From Nitrospira sp. (lineage in GTDB: Bacteria > Nitrospirota > Nitrospiria > Nitrospirales > Nitrospiraceae): a DNA stretch of 64,000 nt. Where the stretch lies: positions 1,632,001-1,696,000 of the forward strand of contig AP038806.1 of NCBI GenBank assembly GCA_047150005.1, read 5' to 3'. Both the position numbers and the translations under genes were made by a program. Of the stretch, positions 9,574-22,827 are shown one piece after another. The notes under the pieces were generated by a model. The model ran no database searches and was not told where the DNA came from. It saw only the letters and a list, made by a program, of their open reading frames with translations. The number at the start of each line of letters is the position of its first letter. The stretch's first letter is position 1.

Positions 9574-10724
9574 GCCTTCGGCCTTTTGGTAAACAACCGG
9601 TACGAGAGGAAACCGATTGCGACCGCAAAGATCGCCAATGCCCCCACATCGGGCCACAGGACGCGCAAGCCGACTCCTTTGAGAAAGCTTCCCCGCACGA
9701 TGTCCGTGAAATACATGCCGGGGAACAAATGCGCTTGGAACTGCGCCCCACGACTTAGCGAGGCGACCGGCACGAGCAAACCGGAAAACAAGATGGTCGG
9801 CAACATCGCCACGACCATCGTGATAATCAGCGCCGCCATTTGCGTTTGGACCAGCAGCGAGATCAGCAGACCGATTCCCGTGGTGCAGAGAATGAAGAGG
9901 ACCGAGGCGGAGTAGAAAAACAGCAGACTGCCTTTGAACGGCACCTGAAACAACAGGACGGCCATCAGCCATAGCGTCCCGACGTTGAAGAGGGAAATCG
10001 CGATATAGGGCAGGAGCTTCCCCGCCAGGAACTCGGTGCGGCTCACGGTGGAACTGTAGATATTGTAGATCGAACCGGTTTCTTTTTCCCGCACGACCCC
10101 GAGCGCCGTCAGGAGCGGAGAGGCAAGCATCAACGTGAACATGACGAGCGCCGGCACCATCGACCAACTGCTCCGGACTTCTTCATTGTAGAGATACCGG
10201 ATCTCCACGGCGATGGGGCGCACCACCCGCCTGGCTTCCGCTCGTGTCACCCCGCGGAGTCCGCTGATGTACTCGCTGACGAGGTCCTCGCCAAACGCCT
10301 GATTGATGGCGATGATATAGCCTTTCGCGATATCAGTATGAAGCGGAAAGGTGCCGTCGAGAAACGTCTGGACGGAGACCGCTTCTCCTCCCGCGAGCTG
10401 CTCCTGAAACCGTTCGGGCACGATGATCGCCGCTCGGATTTTCGTCTCGGTCAACAACTGGTCGAGGTCCCGCATGTCGGCGACATGGCCACGATAGGAA
10501 AAATAGCGCGACTGCATGAACCGATAGATGTAGTCGCGGCTCATCTTGCTGTGGTCGTGGTCGATCACGGCAAATGGAATGTTTTCGACATCCATGACGA
10601 GCCCGTAGCCGAATACCACCAGCCAGAGGACGGGCATGAGGAAGGCTAGGCCGAGAAACAACCGGTCCCTGGTCGTTTCCCTCCACTCCTTGACCGCGAC
10701 CGCTCTGATGCGACGCAGATTCAT
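9570..10724 (-). CDS. ABC-2 exporter permease (YbhS-like)
   Basis: KEWRETTRD, FGYGLVMDVENIPFAVIDHD, VVREKETGS. Confidence 0.9.
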   Translation of the reverse strand: MNLRRIRAVAVKEWRETTRDRLFLGLAFLMPVLWLVVFGYGLVMDVENIPFAVIDHDHSKMSRDYIYRFMQSRYFSYRGHVADMRDLDQLLTETKIRAAIIVPERFQEQLAGGEAVSVQTFLDGTFPLHTDIAKGYIIAINQAFGEDLVSEYISGLRGVTRAEARRVVRPIAVEIRYLYNEEVRSSWSMVPALVMFTLMLASPLLTALGVVREKETGSIYNIYSSTVSRTEFLAGKLLPYIAISLFNVGTLWLMAVLLFQVPFKGSLLFFYSASVLFILCTTGIGLLISLLVQTQMAALIITMVVAMLPTILFSGLLVPVASLSRGAQFQAHLFPGMYFTDIVRGSFLKGVGLRVLWPDVGALAIFAVAIGFLSYRLFTKRPKA

Positions 10725-10753
10725 GAGACGAATGGCTTATCTCGAGTCCCCTG

Positions 10754-12718
10754 TCAGCTCGACCGGGCCTCCGGTCCTGTTTGTTCTAAGGTCCGTACGC
10801 GCGACACGAACACGTCTTCTAGGCTTGGCTGTCTTGTCCGCACACCCTCCACGGTAATGCCGCAGTCGGCGAGCACGGCTCGAATTCTGGCTTCATCCCT
10901 GATTGGATCGCGAGACAAGAGATGGATTCTTGTTCCGGCCAGGGCCATATTCGCCAGGCCGCTCGTCGCCAGTTGCGCCATCGCGCGTCCCGGATGGTCC
11001 GTCGCGATCTCCAGCAGCGGACCTGCTTCTTGCACGAGCTGTCGCTTCAAGTCCGCGGGAGAGCCTTCCGCCACTAGACGCCCCGCATGCATGAGCCCCA
11101 GCCGGTCGCAATGCTCCGCTTCACTCATATAATGGGTGGTAACGAGGATCGCCACACCCTCCGTGCGGACGAGTTGCGACAGAATGTCCCAGAACCGGCG
11201 CCGACCGATCGGATCGACTCCGGAAGTCGGCTCGTCCAGAAACAACACTCGCGGCCGATGGACGAGGGCGCATCCCAGCGCCAGCCGCTGGCGCACCCCC
11301 ATCGGCAACCTTCCCGTTCGATCCGCCTCATAGCCCGTCAGCCCCGCCATGTCGATGATCCAGGCCATCCGTTGTTTCGTGTCATGTCGGTCCAACCCAT
11401 AGATACCGGCAAACAGCCGGATATTCTCGACGACCGTCAGATCGAGGTAGAGCGAGAAGGCCTGGGACATGTATCCGATGCGTTCTTTGATCGCGCCGCC
11501 CGCCTGGCGCATGTCGGCGCCGGCCACCCACCCTTCACCCGCCGTGGGAGACAGGATGCCGGTCAACATCTTGATGACGGTGGTCTTTCCGGCACCGTTC
11601 GCGCCGAGCAGGCCAAAAATGTCTCCGGGCTTCACGGAGAAACTCACCTGATCGACCGCCCGAAAGTTGCCGAAATCCCGGATGAGTTGCCGGGCTTCGA
11701 CGGCCAGGCCATCGAACGGAACCGGTACGACGCCGGGCCGTGATCCGCTCGTGTCGGTTGGGAAGCCGGGCCGGTCCTGCCGTTCCCGCAGCAGCAACGA
11801 CACCACGACGTCCTCCAGCTCGGGATCATCGGTATGAACATGTTCGATCGGCAATCCTCCCAGCGTCTTTCGGATCTCGGCGAGTGCCACGGCCGCGTCC
11901 GTCTCCGGCGCAAAGACATGGATGGAAGGCCCGAGCGTTTCCACTTGAGGATAGCGTGTCTTGAGCCGCTCGACCGCGTCTGATTGAGAACTGGATTCGA
12001 ACGTCACGATCAGGCCTTGGGTCAGCGATCGAATCTCAGACGGACTGCCTGCCGCCAAGATCCGGCCCTTGGACATGAACGACAGACGGTGAAACCGGAC
12101 GGCTTCATCCATATAGGCAGTGGACACCAGTGCCGTCATGTCCTTGGCTTCCAGCCATTCCGCGAGAATGGCCCAGAAATCCCGCCGGGAGACGGGGTCG
12201 ACGCCCGTGGTCGGTTCGTCCAAAATGGCCAGTTCCGGTTGGTGAATCAACGTGCAGATCAAGGCGAGCTTCTGCTTCATCCCGCCCGAGAGGTGTTTCG
12301 TCACCCGATCGCGAAATCGATCCAGTCGCGTCATGGCCAGCAATCGGGCCTTGTCTTCCCGCAGTCGTTCTTCCGGGACCAGCCGAAGCCGCGCGAAGAA
12401 GTCGATGTTCTCTTCGACCGTCAGTTCCGGATAGAGGTTCAATCCCAAACCCTGCGGGAGAAAACCGAGACGCGGCTTCACTGCTTCGGCGGACGGCTCG
12501 GAATCGACCGGCGTACCGAAGACCTCCACCTCGCCGCCCTCATAGGACAGCACGCCCGCGATCGCCTTCATCAGACTGCTCTTTCCCGCGCCGTCCGGTC
12601 CGATCAGGCCGTAAATCTCGCCTTTCTTGATCGTGAGATCCACCCCGCTCACGGCCTCATGCCGCTTGTAGCGCTTGACGAATCCGGAGACGCGAACGAT
12701 CGGCGCATCCTGACTCAT
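10754..12718 (-). CDS. ABC ATP-binding protein with two ATPase domains (YbhF/RbbA-like)
   Basis: GPDGAGKS/LSGGMKQ/ILDEPT and GANGAGKT/LPMGVRQ/FLDEPT. Confidence 0.92.
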   Translation of the reverse strand: MSQDAPIVRVSGFVKRYKRHEAVSGVDLTIKKGEIYGLIGPDGAGKSSLMKAIAGVLSYEGGEVEVFGTPVDSEPSAEAVKPRLGFLPQGLGLNLYPELTVEENIDFFARLRLVPEERLREDKARLLAMTRLDRFRDRVTKHLSGGMKQKLALICTLIHQPELAILDEPTTGVDPVSRRDFWAILAEWLEAKDMTALVSTAYMDEAVRFHRLSFMSKGRILAAGSPSEIRSLTQGLIVTFESSSQSDAVERLKTRYPQVETLGPSIHVFAPETDAAVALAEIRKTLGGLPIEHVHTDDPELEDVVVSLLLRERQDRPGFPTDTSGSRPGVVPVPFDGLAVEARQLIRDFGNFRAVDQVSFSVKPGDIFGLLGANGAGKTTVIKMLTGILSPTAGEGWVAGADMRQAGGAIKERIGYMSQAFSLYLDLTVVENIRLFAGIYGLDRHDTKQRMAWIIDMAGLTGYEADRTGRLPMGVRQRLALGCALVHRPRVLFLDEPTSGVDPIGRRRFWDILSQLVRTEGVAILVTTHYMSEAEHCDRLGLMHAGRLVAEGSPADLKRQLVQEAGPLLEIATDHPGRAMAQLATSGLANMALAGTRIHLLSRDPIRDEARIRAVLADCGITVEGVRTRQPSLEDVFVSRVRTLEQTGPEARSS

Positions 12719-12779
12719 GACGGGCTCTTCCACCGGATACCTCTGAGCGTCGAAGCCTCCAGAGGTCGGTGCGATCCGC

Positions 12780-13883
12780 CTACCGAGGTCGTGCCCATGC
12801 GATGTCGTCCTTCCAGCGAATGACGGCGTCGGCCGGCAAGCCGGGCGTCAGGCGGTGTTCCGGATTATCTTTCAGGTAGAGCCGGACGGCATAGATGAGC
12901 TTGACCCGCTCGTCCGGCGTTTGGACTTCCTTGGGAGTGAATTCGGCTTTGGAGGCGATATACCGGACGGTCGCTTCAAAGGGCTGGTCGGGAAAGGCGT
13001 CCGTATAGATTCGAGCGGGCAAATCAAGACTGACTTTGCCGATCTGCACTTCCGGAACATAGACTTGGAGATATAACCGGTCCAGATCGACCAGTTCGAG
13101 CAAGGGCGCGCCGCCTACCACCACTTCGCCGACATCGACCATGCGCGTGGTGACCGTTCCGTCGGTCGGCGCCACGATTGTGAGATCCTGCAGAACGCTC
13201 TGTGCCTCGGCGAGCGCCGCGTCCGCTTGATCCCGCTGCCGTTCGAGCGCCGCCACCTCGGCTTCTTTGGCTCGGATCCTCGGCCAGCCCAGTTCGGCCT
13301 GTCCCAGTTCTTTGGTCGCCTGATCCAGCGACGCCTTCGCGACAGAGATGTCGGTCACCGCAACTTTCCATCGGGCTTCGGCCTGATCCAGCTGCTGTTG
13401 CGAGACCGCCTGTTCGCGGATGAGCGCGCGCATCCGGGCCACGTCGCGCCGCGCTTCATATTCCACCGCCTGGGCCTTCTTGACGGCCGCGTTTGCACTG
13501 GCCACTTTCGCCGATGCGGCCTCGATGCTCAGCGGCACGTCCAGGTTCAACACGGCAAGCTGGGTGTGGGCGGCTTCCACTTGCGCCGACACCGTATCGA
13601 CCAGCCGGGCCGCCTGGTCGACTTTGGTCCTCGTCTGCGTATCATCCAGCCGGATGAGGACGTTCCCCTTTATCACCCTGGCTCCTTCGCGCGCGGCAAG
13701 CTCAACGATCCGACCTGGAAATTTGCTGGCCACCGTGACGTGGTCGCCCTCGATGCGGCCGTTCGCCTGGATCAATCCCTCGGGCAGGCCTCCGGGTCCG
13801 ATGAAGCGGGCCAGCACATAGCCCGAGACACCCACAAGAACTGCACCGAGCGCGAGGGTGAGATACGTTCGAGAGATCTTCAT
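12780..13883 (-). CDS. HlyD-family periplasmic adaptor (YbhG/YhiI-like)
   Basis: ANGRIEG, coiled coil, AEFTPKEVQT, PGLPADA. Confidence 0.92.
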   Translation of the reverse strand: MKISRTYLTLALGAVLVGVSGYVLARFIGPGGLPEGLIQANGRIEGDHVTVASKFPGRIVELAAREGARVIKGNVLIRLDDTQTRTKVDQAARLVDTVSAQVEAAHTQLAVLNLDVPLSIEAASAKVASANAAVKKAQAVEYEARRDVARMRALIREQAVSQQQLDQAEARWKVAVTDISVAKASLDQATKELGQAELGWPRIRAKEAEVAALERQRDQADAALAEAQSVLQDLTIVAPTDGTVTTRMVDVGEVVVGGAPLLELVDLDRLYLQVYVPEVQIGKVSLDLPARIYTDAFPDQPFEATVRYIASKAEFTPKEVQTPDERVKLIYAVRLYLKDNPEHRLTPGLPADAVIRWKDDIAWARPR

Positions 13884-14088
13884 GAACAAGAGGACCCGAT
13901 GATCATGTGCCGCGATACGAAGCCGGCTGAGACTTTCCCCAATCGCATTCCTCGTTGAGCGGCACCCATGACTGATTGCCGCTGGAACTGTAACACAAGA
14001 CCGGTGCGCGAAGGGCGACGTTGTCTCCCATGCTCTTCGGTCGGTTGGGTCTGTTGGAATCGAGAGCCATTGGAGAAGCCTCCGTACC

Positions 14089-17385
<3,297 letters not shown>

Positions 17386-17491
17386 GCGTCATTCGGTGAG
17401 GTGAGCGCCCCGCAGGGTCTGTCGAATCATGGTCCGGATTCCACTCGGCCGGACAGCGCCCATTGACGCTCGACCAAGGACGAGGGGCGAC

Positions 17492-18535
17492 TTACGGCTT
17501 TGCCGGTGCTACGGCCTCGACGACCTCCACGGTCGCACCATCCACGCCGCGGCTGCCCTCCAGCATCACCCGCTCGCCCACGTTCAGGCCGGAGAGGATC
17601 TCGATGCGGTCCTCGAAGCGACGTCCTGCCTTGACCCAACGGAGCCGGGCCACTTGATCAGAGCCGACGACGAACACGCTGGTCAGTTCGCCGCGCTCCA
17701 CCAGGCCCGAAGCGGGGATGAGAATCGTCTGGACCGTTCCCGTACCCAGTTGAAATCGGCCGAACATCCCGGTCTTGAGGCCCGGTGTCGCAGGCAGATC
17801 CACTTTCACCATGAAGGTGTGGGTTTGCGGGTCGCCCGCCGAGAGAATCTGACTAATGACACCGCTCAATGCCTGCGGCCCCAGCGCATCGATGACGACC
17901 GGAATCTTGTCGCCGCGCGAAACGGATTTCAGATCCCGTTCCGCCACCGTCGCCTCCAAACGCAACTGCCGAGGGTCCTCCATTTTAAGCAATGGCTGCC
18001 CCGGCGACGCCAGTTCTCCCGCTTCCACCTTCTTCTCGGTGATCACACCGTCGAACGGAGCCTTGACGACGGTATAGCTCAGTTGGGCCAGCACCGCCTT
18101 GCGGTTGGCCTCGGCAACCTTGAAGGCACGGGACGCATTCTCCATTTCCTGCCGTGAGACGGCCTGATCTTTCAGCAGGGATTGCATGCGGTGCAGCTGC
18201 CCCCTGGCATTCTCCTCTTCCGCCGTGGCGCGCGCCAGATCGGCCTTCACGTCGCGACTGTCCAGCTGAATCAGGATCTGGCCCTTTGAAACCTGCGTCC
18301 CCTCCCGTACGAGCAACTGGTCGATCGTCCCCTGAATACGGCTCGCCAACGTCGCCTGGAACATCGGCTGAACCTGTCCGGTGACCTCCACTCCGACGGG
18401 AACCTGGACGGTCTTGATGTCCACCACCGCGGCCTGAATCATCCCTTGCGGGGCCGCCGATACGACGGAAGAGGCCGGCTCGTCCTTGGATCCGCATCCT
18501 GCCAGCAGCAACAGCGCGATCACCAACCGTCCCAC
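17492..18535 (-). CDS. RND periplasmic adaptor (MFP) lipoprotein
   Basis: Lipobox LLAGC; VKAPFDGVI, GMFGRF, EILSGL. Confidence 0.93.
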   Translation of the reverse strand: MGRLVIALLLLAGCGSKDEPASSVVSAAPQGMIQAAVVDIKTVQVPVGVEVTGQVQPMFQATLASRIQGTIDQLLVREGTQVSKGQILIQLDSRDVKADLARATAEEENARGQLHRMQSLLKDQAVSRQEMENASRAFKVAEANRKAVLAQLSYTVVKAPFDGVITEKKVEAGELASPGQPLLKMEDPRQLRLEATVAERDLKSVSRGDKIPVVIDALGPQALSGVISQILSAGDPQTHTFMVKVDLPATPGLKTGMFGRFQLGTGTVQTILIPASGLVERGELTSVFVVGSDQVARLRWVKAGRRFEDRIEILSGLNVGERVMLEGSRGVDGATVEVVEAVAPAKP

Positions 18536-18571
18536 GCTCCGTCTCCTCCTCGCTCCTCGTCGGCGAGCGTC

Positions 18572-18760
18572 TTATTCCTGCACACCGAGCTTGCGCAACA
18601 AGGCCATCATCGGGCACCAGCCGCTGAAGGCCGATTGGATGAGGTTCAGGGCCACGAATACGGCAAAGTAATTCCAATAGGGATGCACCGTGGCGCCCAG
18701 GAATATCGCGAGCAGGACAAAGACGCCTGCAATCAACCGCAACAATTCATTCAGTTTCAT
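18572..18760 (-). CDS. DUF2892 / YgaP-type small membrane protein
   Basis: RLIAG..FVALNLIQSAFSGWCPMM; AAGGAG RBS. Confidence 0.88.
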   Translation of the reverse strand: MKLNELLRLIAGVFVLLAIFLGATVHPYWNYFAVFVALNLIQSAFSGWCPMMALLRKLGVQE

Positions 18761-18880
18761 CGGGATTCTCCTTTCCTTCTACCCATATGAGACCAGGAAC
18801 GGCTCGAAAGATTCATGGTAAAAAGCGGGAGAAATGGATGGCAGCGAACCGAATTCTTTCGGGGAAGGCCGGCTTGTGAT

Positions 18881-19675
18881 TCATTGGGACATCCCAAGAA
18901 CCTTGGCGGTGTTGATCGCAAGCAGCGTGACCGCGATGACGACCGTGATGGAGGCGGTCACTCGGCCCATCGTCGGGGGTGAAACCATTTGGCCGAGCCG
19001 CGCGCCCAGGAGCATGCCGATTGCGCTTCCGAGCAGCACGAGCAGGAGCAGGGGTCCGTTGAGGACGCCGGCTTCCAGATGCCGGGCCAGGCCGCCCAAG
19101 GAGATGATCGCGATGATACAGAGCGACGTGCCTACAGCCTCGCGCGCGGCGAAGCCGGCGAAGAGGGCCAACGCCGGCACGATCATGAAACCTCCGCCCA
19201 CGCCGAAGAACCCGTTCAACAGACCGACCGCCAGGCCGAGAGCCGCCAGCTTGAGCCAGCAACTCCTCGAAAATCGGACGGCGCAGCTCATTTCAGACTC
19301 TGTCTGGGCGGTGCGACTGTGCCGGTGCATCAGGTATCGGGCCAACAGCAGCATGATCCCAAACCCGATGAGCAGCATTTCGCCCCGCACGAGTTCGTGT
19401 CCGTAGGCCCCCAGCCAGGAGCCGATGCTGCCGGTCCCGGAAAAGGCCACGGCGGCCTTGGGCCGCACAAGACCGAGCCGGCTGTATTCCCACATCCCGA
19501 GCCATGCGGAGGCGCCCACGATCACGAGCGACATGGCGGCTGCCTCTTTGACCGGGACGCCTGCCAGATACACCAGCGCTGGTACCGCCAGGACCGCGCC
19601 GCCGGTGCCGGTGGCTCCGAGCTGAAGGCCGATGGGCAGGCCCACCGCGACCGGCAAGGCCACCTGGCCAATCAC
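18881..19675 (-). CDS. TauE/SafE sulfite/organosulfur exporter
   Basis: GTGGAVLAVPALVY and GFFGVGGGFMIVPAL repeats, AVGTSL. Confidence 0.9.
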   Translation of the reverse strand: MIGQVALPVAVGLPIGLQLGATGTGGAVLAVPALVYLAGVPVKEAAAMSLVIVGASAWLGMWEYSRLGLVRPKAAVAFSGTGSIGSWLGAYGHELVRGEMLLIGFGIMLLLARYLMHRHSRTAQTESEMSCAVRFSRSCWLKLAALGLAVGLLNGFFGVGGGFMIVPALALFAGFAAREAVGTSLCIIAIISLGGLARHLEAGVLNGPLLLLVLLGSAIGMLLGARLGQMVSPPTMGRVTASITVVIAVTLLAINTAKVLGMSQ

Positions 19676-19711
19676 GTCAATGTCCCTTGCGTCACGGCTC
19701 GCCTCGTGTGT

Positions 19712-20959
19712 CTACGCTTGATGCTCCACCTTCCCGATGCCGAGCGCCTTGAGGATCGCCTTCTCGAAGAACGGTTCGCTCACACCTTTCTTCATCTTCA
19801 TCAAGAAATACCTCTCCAAGGCGATCTTGGCCAGATGCACCCATTTGCCTTTCTTCGCCCAGGTCACGTTGCGGGGCGCCATTTGCGGTAACGCGACGAA
19901 GGCCATGCCGGTGTCTCCCATGTCGGCCAGACAGATGGCATTCCAGGTGGCCGTATCCTTCTTGTCGTTGTTTTCGATATCGGCGTGGATGTTATGCACT
20001 GCAGCCGACACCATGGATTCGATCATGTACCCGGTTTTCGGGGCGCCGGTCGGAACGGGCGTCTGTTCGACCGGTGGGATTGCGACGCAGACGCCCACGG
20101 CGTAGATATTCCTGTGCTTGGGGTTTGCCTGGTAGGCATCAATGTTGACGAAGCCTTTCGGGTTGCAAAGACCGGAGGTGCCGGCAACCGCGTCCACACC
20201 GGCAAACGGCGGGATGAACATCGAATAGCGAAACGGCACTTCCTGGCCGTCCTCCAAGAGGAGCTTGCCGGGCTGCACTTCCTTGATCGCGGTGTTATAG
20301 ATAGGCTTGATGGAATGTTCGGCGAATTCATCCTCCATCAGGCGCCTGGACTTGCCGACACCCGCCAGCCCCATGTGGCCGATGTAGGGCTCCGGAGTCA
20401 CAAAGTAGATCGGGACCTTCTTGCGTAATTTCTTCTTGCGTAGATCCGCATCCAGGATGAAAGCCATCTCGTAGGCTGGTCCGAAACAGGATGCTCCTTG
20501 AGCGGCGCCGACCACGATGGGGCCCGGCTCCTTTAAGAAACTCTGATAGGCTCCATACGCCTGCTCAGCATGATCCACGGTGCAGACCGACTGAGTGTAG
20601 CCGCTCGGCCCGAGGCCCGGCACTGCGCCGAAGTTCAGCTTGGGTCCGGTCGCGATAATCAGATAGTCATACGGCACCTCTCCTTTTGAGGTGATGACCC
20701 GATTCTGCTCCGGTTCAATCCGATCCGCAGCGGCATGGACAAATTCGATCCTCTTCTTTTCCAGTACAGGCCCCAATGCGAAACTGATGTCTTTGCGTTT
20801 GCGCCATCCCACCGCCACCCAGGGATTCGAGGGGACGAAGTGAAACGAGTCCACGTTCGAAATCACCGTCACCTTGTGCTTGTTGTCCAGCATCGCCCGG
20901 GCTTCATAGGCCGCAGGCAGTCCCCCGATTGATGCCCCGATAATCGCAATGCGAGCCAT
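19712..20959 (-). CDS. sqr: Sulfide:quinone oxidoreductase
   Basis: IIGASIGG, FVPSNPW, QSVCT, GASCFGPAYE, PKTGYMIESM, WNAICLADMG (conserved SQR cysteines). Confidence 0.93.
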   Translation of the reverse strand: MARIAIIGASIGGLPAAYEARAMLDNKHKVTVISNVDSFHFVPSNPWVAVGWRKRKDISFALGPVLEKKRIEFVHAAADRIEPEQNRVITSKGEVPYDYLIIATGPKLNFGAVPGLGPSGYTQSVCTVDHAEQAYGAYQSFLKEPGPIVVGAAQGASCFGPAYEMAFILDADLRKKKLRKKVPIYFVTPEPYIGHMGLAGVGKSRRLMEDEFAEHSIKPIYNTAIKEVQPGKLLLEDGQEVPFRYSMFIPPFAGVDAVAGTSGLCNPKGFVNIDAYQANPKHRNIYAVGVCVAIPPVEQTPVPTGAPKTGYMIESMVSAAVHNIHADIENNDKKDTATWNAICLADMGDTGMAFVALPQMAPRNVTWAKKGKWVHLAKIALERYFLMKMKKGVSEPFFEKAILKALGIGKVEHQA

Positions 20960-21134
20960 AACGCCTCCTTTCCTGCCGCTTCGTATCGCCAGGCCGCCGC
21001 CGGTCCTTCGCGTTCTCGGACGAAATTCCCATCATGCGTATTCTGAGCATTCACACAACAAAAGGATTCGTCCATGTACGGGGGCGAGGAGCGTGATGGC
21101 ATCCGTTTCTCGCGTTCGCGCTGTCAGCCGGTCG

Positions 21135-21617
21135 CTACTGGGAGCGCGACAATTGACCGGCGCTCAGTCGATACATGTCATGACAGGTCGTGCAGCGCGC
21201 GGTCATGCTCGACAGACGACGCAGAATCTGTTGAGACGTTTCCTTCTCGACGATCGCATCCGCCAGCGCATCCATGTCTTTGTGGATCGACATGCCCATT
21301 TGTTTGAACGGCAGGGGAAGTTTCGCCATGATCGCCGGATTGACATCCGCCGCCATGCCCATCCCTACCGCCCTCGCCGCCTGCTCCGCGGATTGCAGGT
21401 CCGGTTGCGGCTCCCCGAGGCCTCTGACGATGCCGTCCACGGCTTTCAACAGCTGCCGCATCTCCCCGAGAATCAGGTCCCGTTCACCGGCCGCCAATGC
21501 AATCTCGGTGCGGCCGTCAGTAGCCGGTGCCGTCCAACCCTTGACGAACAACCACCCGGCGGCGCCGAGCGTGACCAACCACAGAAGTGCTGCGACGGCA
21601 CAGACCTTCCCTCTCAT
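21135..21617 (-). CDS. Membrane-anchored monoheme cytochrome c (class II / c'-like)
   Basis: N-terminal TM, helical body, C-terminal CTTCH. Confidence 0.8.
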   Translation of the reverse strand: MRGKVCAVAALLWLVTLGAAGWLFVKGWTAPATDGRTEIALAAGERDLILGEMRQLLKAVDGIVRGLGEPQPDLQSAEQAARAVGMGMAADVNPAIMAKLPLPFKQMGMSIHKDMDALADAIVEKETSQQILRRLSSMTARCTTCHDMYRLSAGQLSRSQ

Positions 21618-21849
21618 ATGATCTCGAGAGTGCAAGGAAGAAACCGCAGACTGTGAGCGGGCAGACCGGCGCTTGTGCCGGAAAATCCGACCGTTGTTCT
21701 TCGTGAGCACCTGAATAAGGGGAGCCCTGCCTCAAGTTGCCCTTCATGGCTGTCGCAGAATGGGGCAGGAGAGATTATGATTGCGCCACCACCGCGGCTG
21801 CCATCAACACTTCGACTGCGACGAACGAGGCAAACCGCGTGCGGATGCC

Positions 21850-22111
21850 TTAGCCCGCATTATTCATGACGGTTCGTGACGAAACCGCCAAGACGTCAGG
21901 CGAGACGGGCGCACGGAGCCCCGAGAGACCGAGGCATACTTGAAACAGGATATTCGGGTAGAGGCGCGTCTCGGCGCGCCTGGGGTGGGCGGGTGAAACT
22001 GACGCCTGAGCGGCGAGCCTGTCTGCTTGGCTGCGGGAACCTCGCAGCCAAGCTTGTCGCAGCGGCGTATCGGCGGTTGCAGTAGAAGCGCTCATGAATA
22101 ATGTGGGCTAG
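21850..22111 (+). mobile_element. MITE copy 1 (non-autonomous)
   Basis: Ends TTAG-CCCGCATTATTCATGA and TCATGAATAATGTGGG-CTAG; homologous to 44428-44642. Confidence 0.85.
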
Positions 22112-22827
22112 AAGCCGATGGCGACGTAGCCGCCCACGGTGCCGTAGTTGTTGACGGTGTTCGTCGCGCCCGACGCCAGATGATATCGTCCGTCCATGCC
22201 GAGCCAGAGTTCCTTCCAGACCCGGAATTCCGCGCCTGCGCCGAACTGGACGCCGATGTCGAGATAGTTTGTCTGATTAGAGGGCGGGCTAATCACGTGG
22301 AAGTCCAGTCCGACGGGTATCACCCAGGGCTGGAAGCCGGTGCCCTGTCTGAATTTGAGCTTTGGCGCCACATCGATGGTCAGCATGGTCACCTGTGTCT
22401 TGGCGAATGGCGCGCCGGTCAGAGCTGAGTCCGAATTGGCGACGGTCTGTGAACTGAATCGCTTATATTCCACGCCGATTTCCCCGACGATGCCCAGGCC
22501 TTGCATCATCCCCCAGGCGTCTTTCGTCAGCATGAGATCTGTTCCGGCGCCGATATAGTAGCCCGAACTATCATCGTTCGACGGGCCGCCGGCCAGCCCA
22601 TGCACGTTGGTGAACAATTCGCCGCCGCGGCTGCTGTTCAGGGCGGCCCAGCCGCCTCGAAAGAACACTCGGTTTCCTGTCGCCGTTGGCGCCGAGGCCG
22701 GCTGCGTGGATGCCTGGTCCTCAGCCAAGGCCGACCAGGCACCACAGACAACGACTCCCGCGGCGATCACAAGAGCGACACGCCACAGTCCAATGGTCCG
22801 GCTGCTCTTCCTCCGGTGAATCTGCAT
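22108..22827 (-). CDS. Outer-membrane beta-barrel protein (8-stranded type)
   Basis: Signal peptide ALA-E, alternating beta strands, QFGAGAEF, C-terminal YVAIGF. Confidence 0.8.
   Translation of the reverse strand: MQIHRRKSSRTIGLWRVALVIAAGVVVCGAWSALAEDQASTQPASAPTATGNRVFFRGGWAALNSSRGGELFTNVHGLAGGPSNDDSSGYYIGAGTDLMLTKDAWGMMQGLGIVGEIGVEYKRFSSQTVANSDSALTGAPFAKTQVTMLTIDVAPKLKFRQGTGFQPWVIPVGLDFHVISPPSNQTNYLDIGVQFGAGAEFRVWKELWLGMDGRYHLASGATNTVNNYGTVGGYVAIGF

Noticed and set aside
9574..10167. N-terminal extension of ORF 8404-10167
   Set aside because: Overlaps the upstream permease; permease-like sequence starts near 9573.
21876..22085. Similar short ORFs starting MTKPPRRQARRA (also 44428-44616)
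   Set aside because: Translations of the two MITE copies; no transposase motif or RBS.
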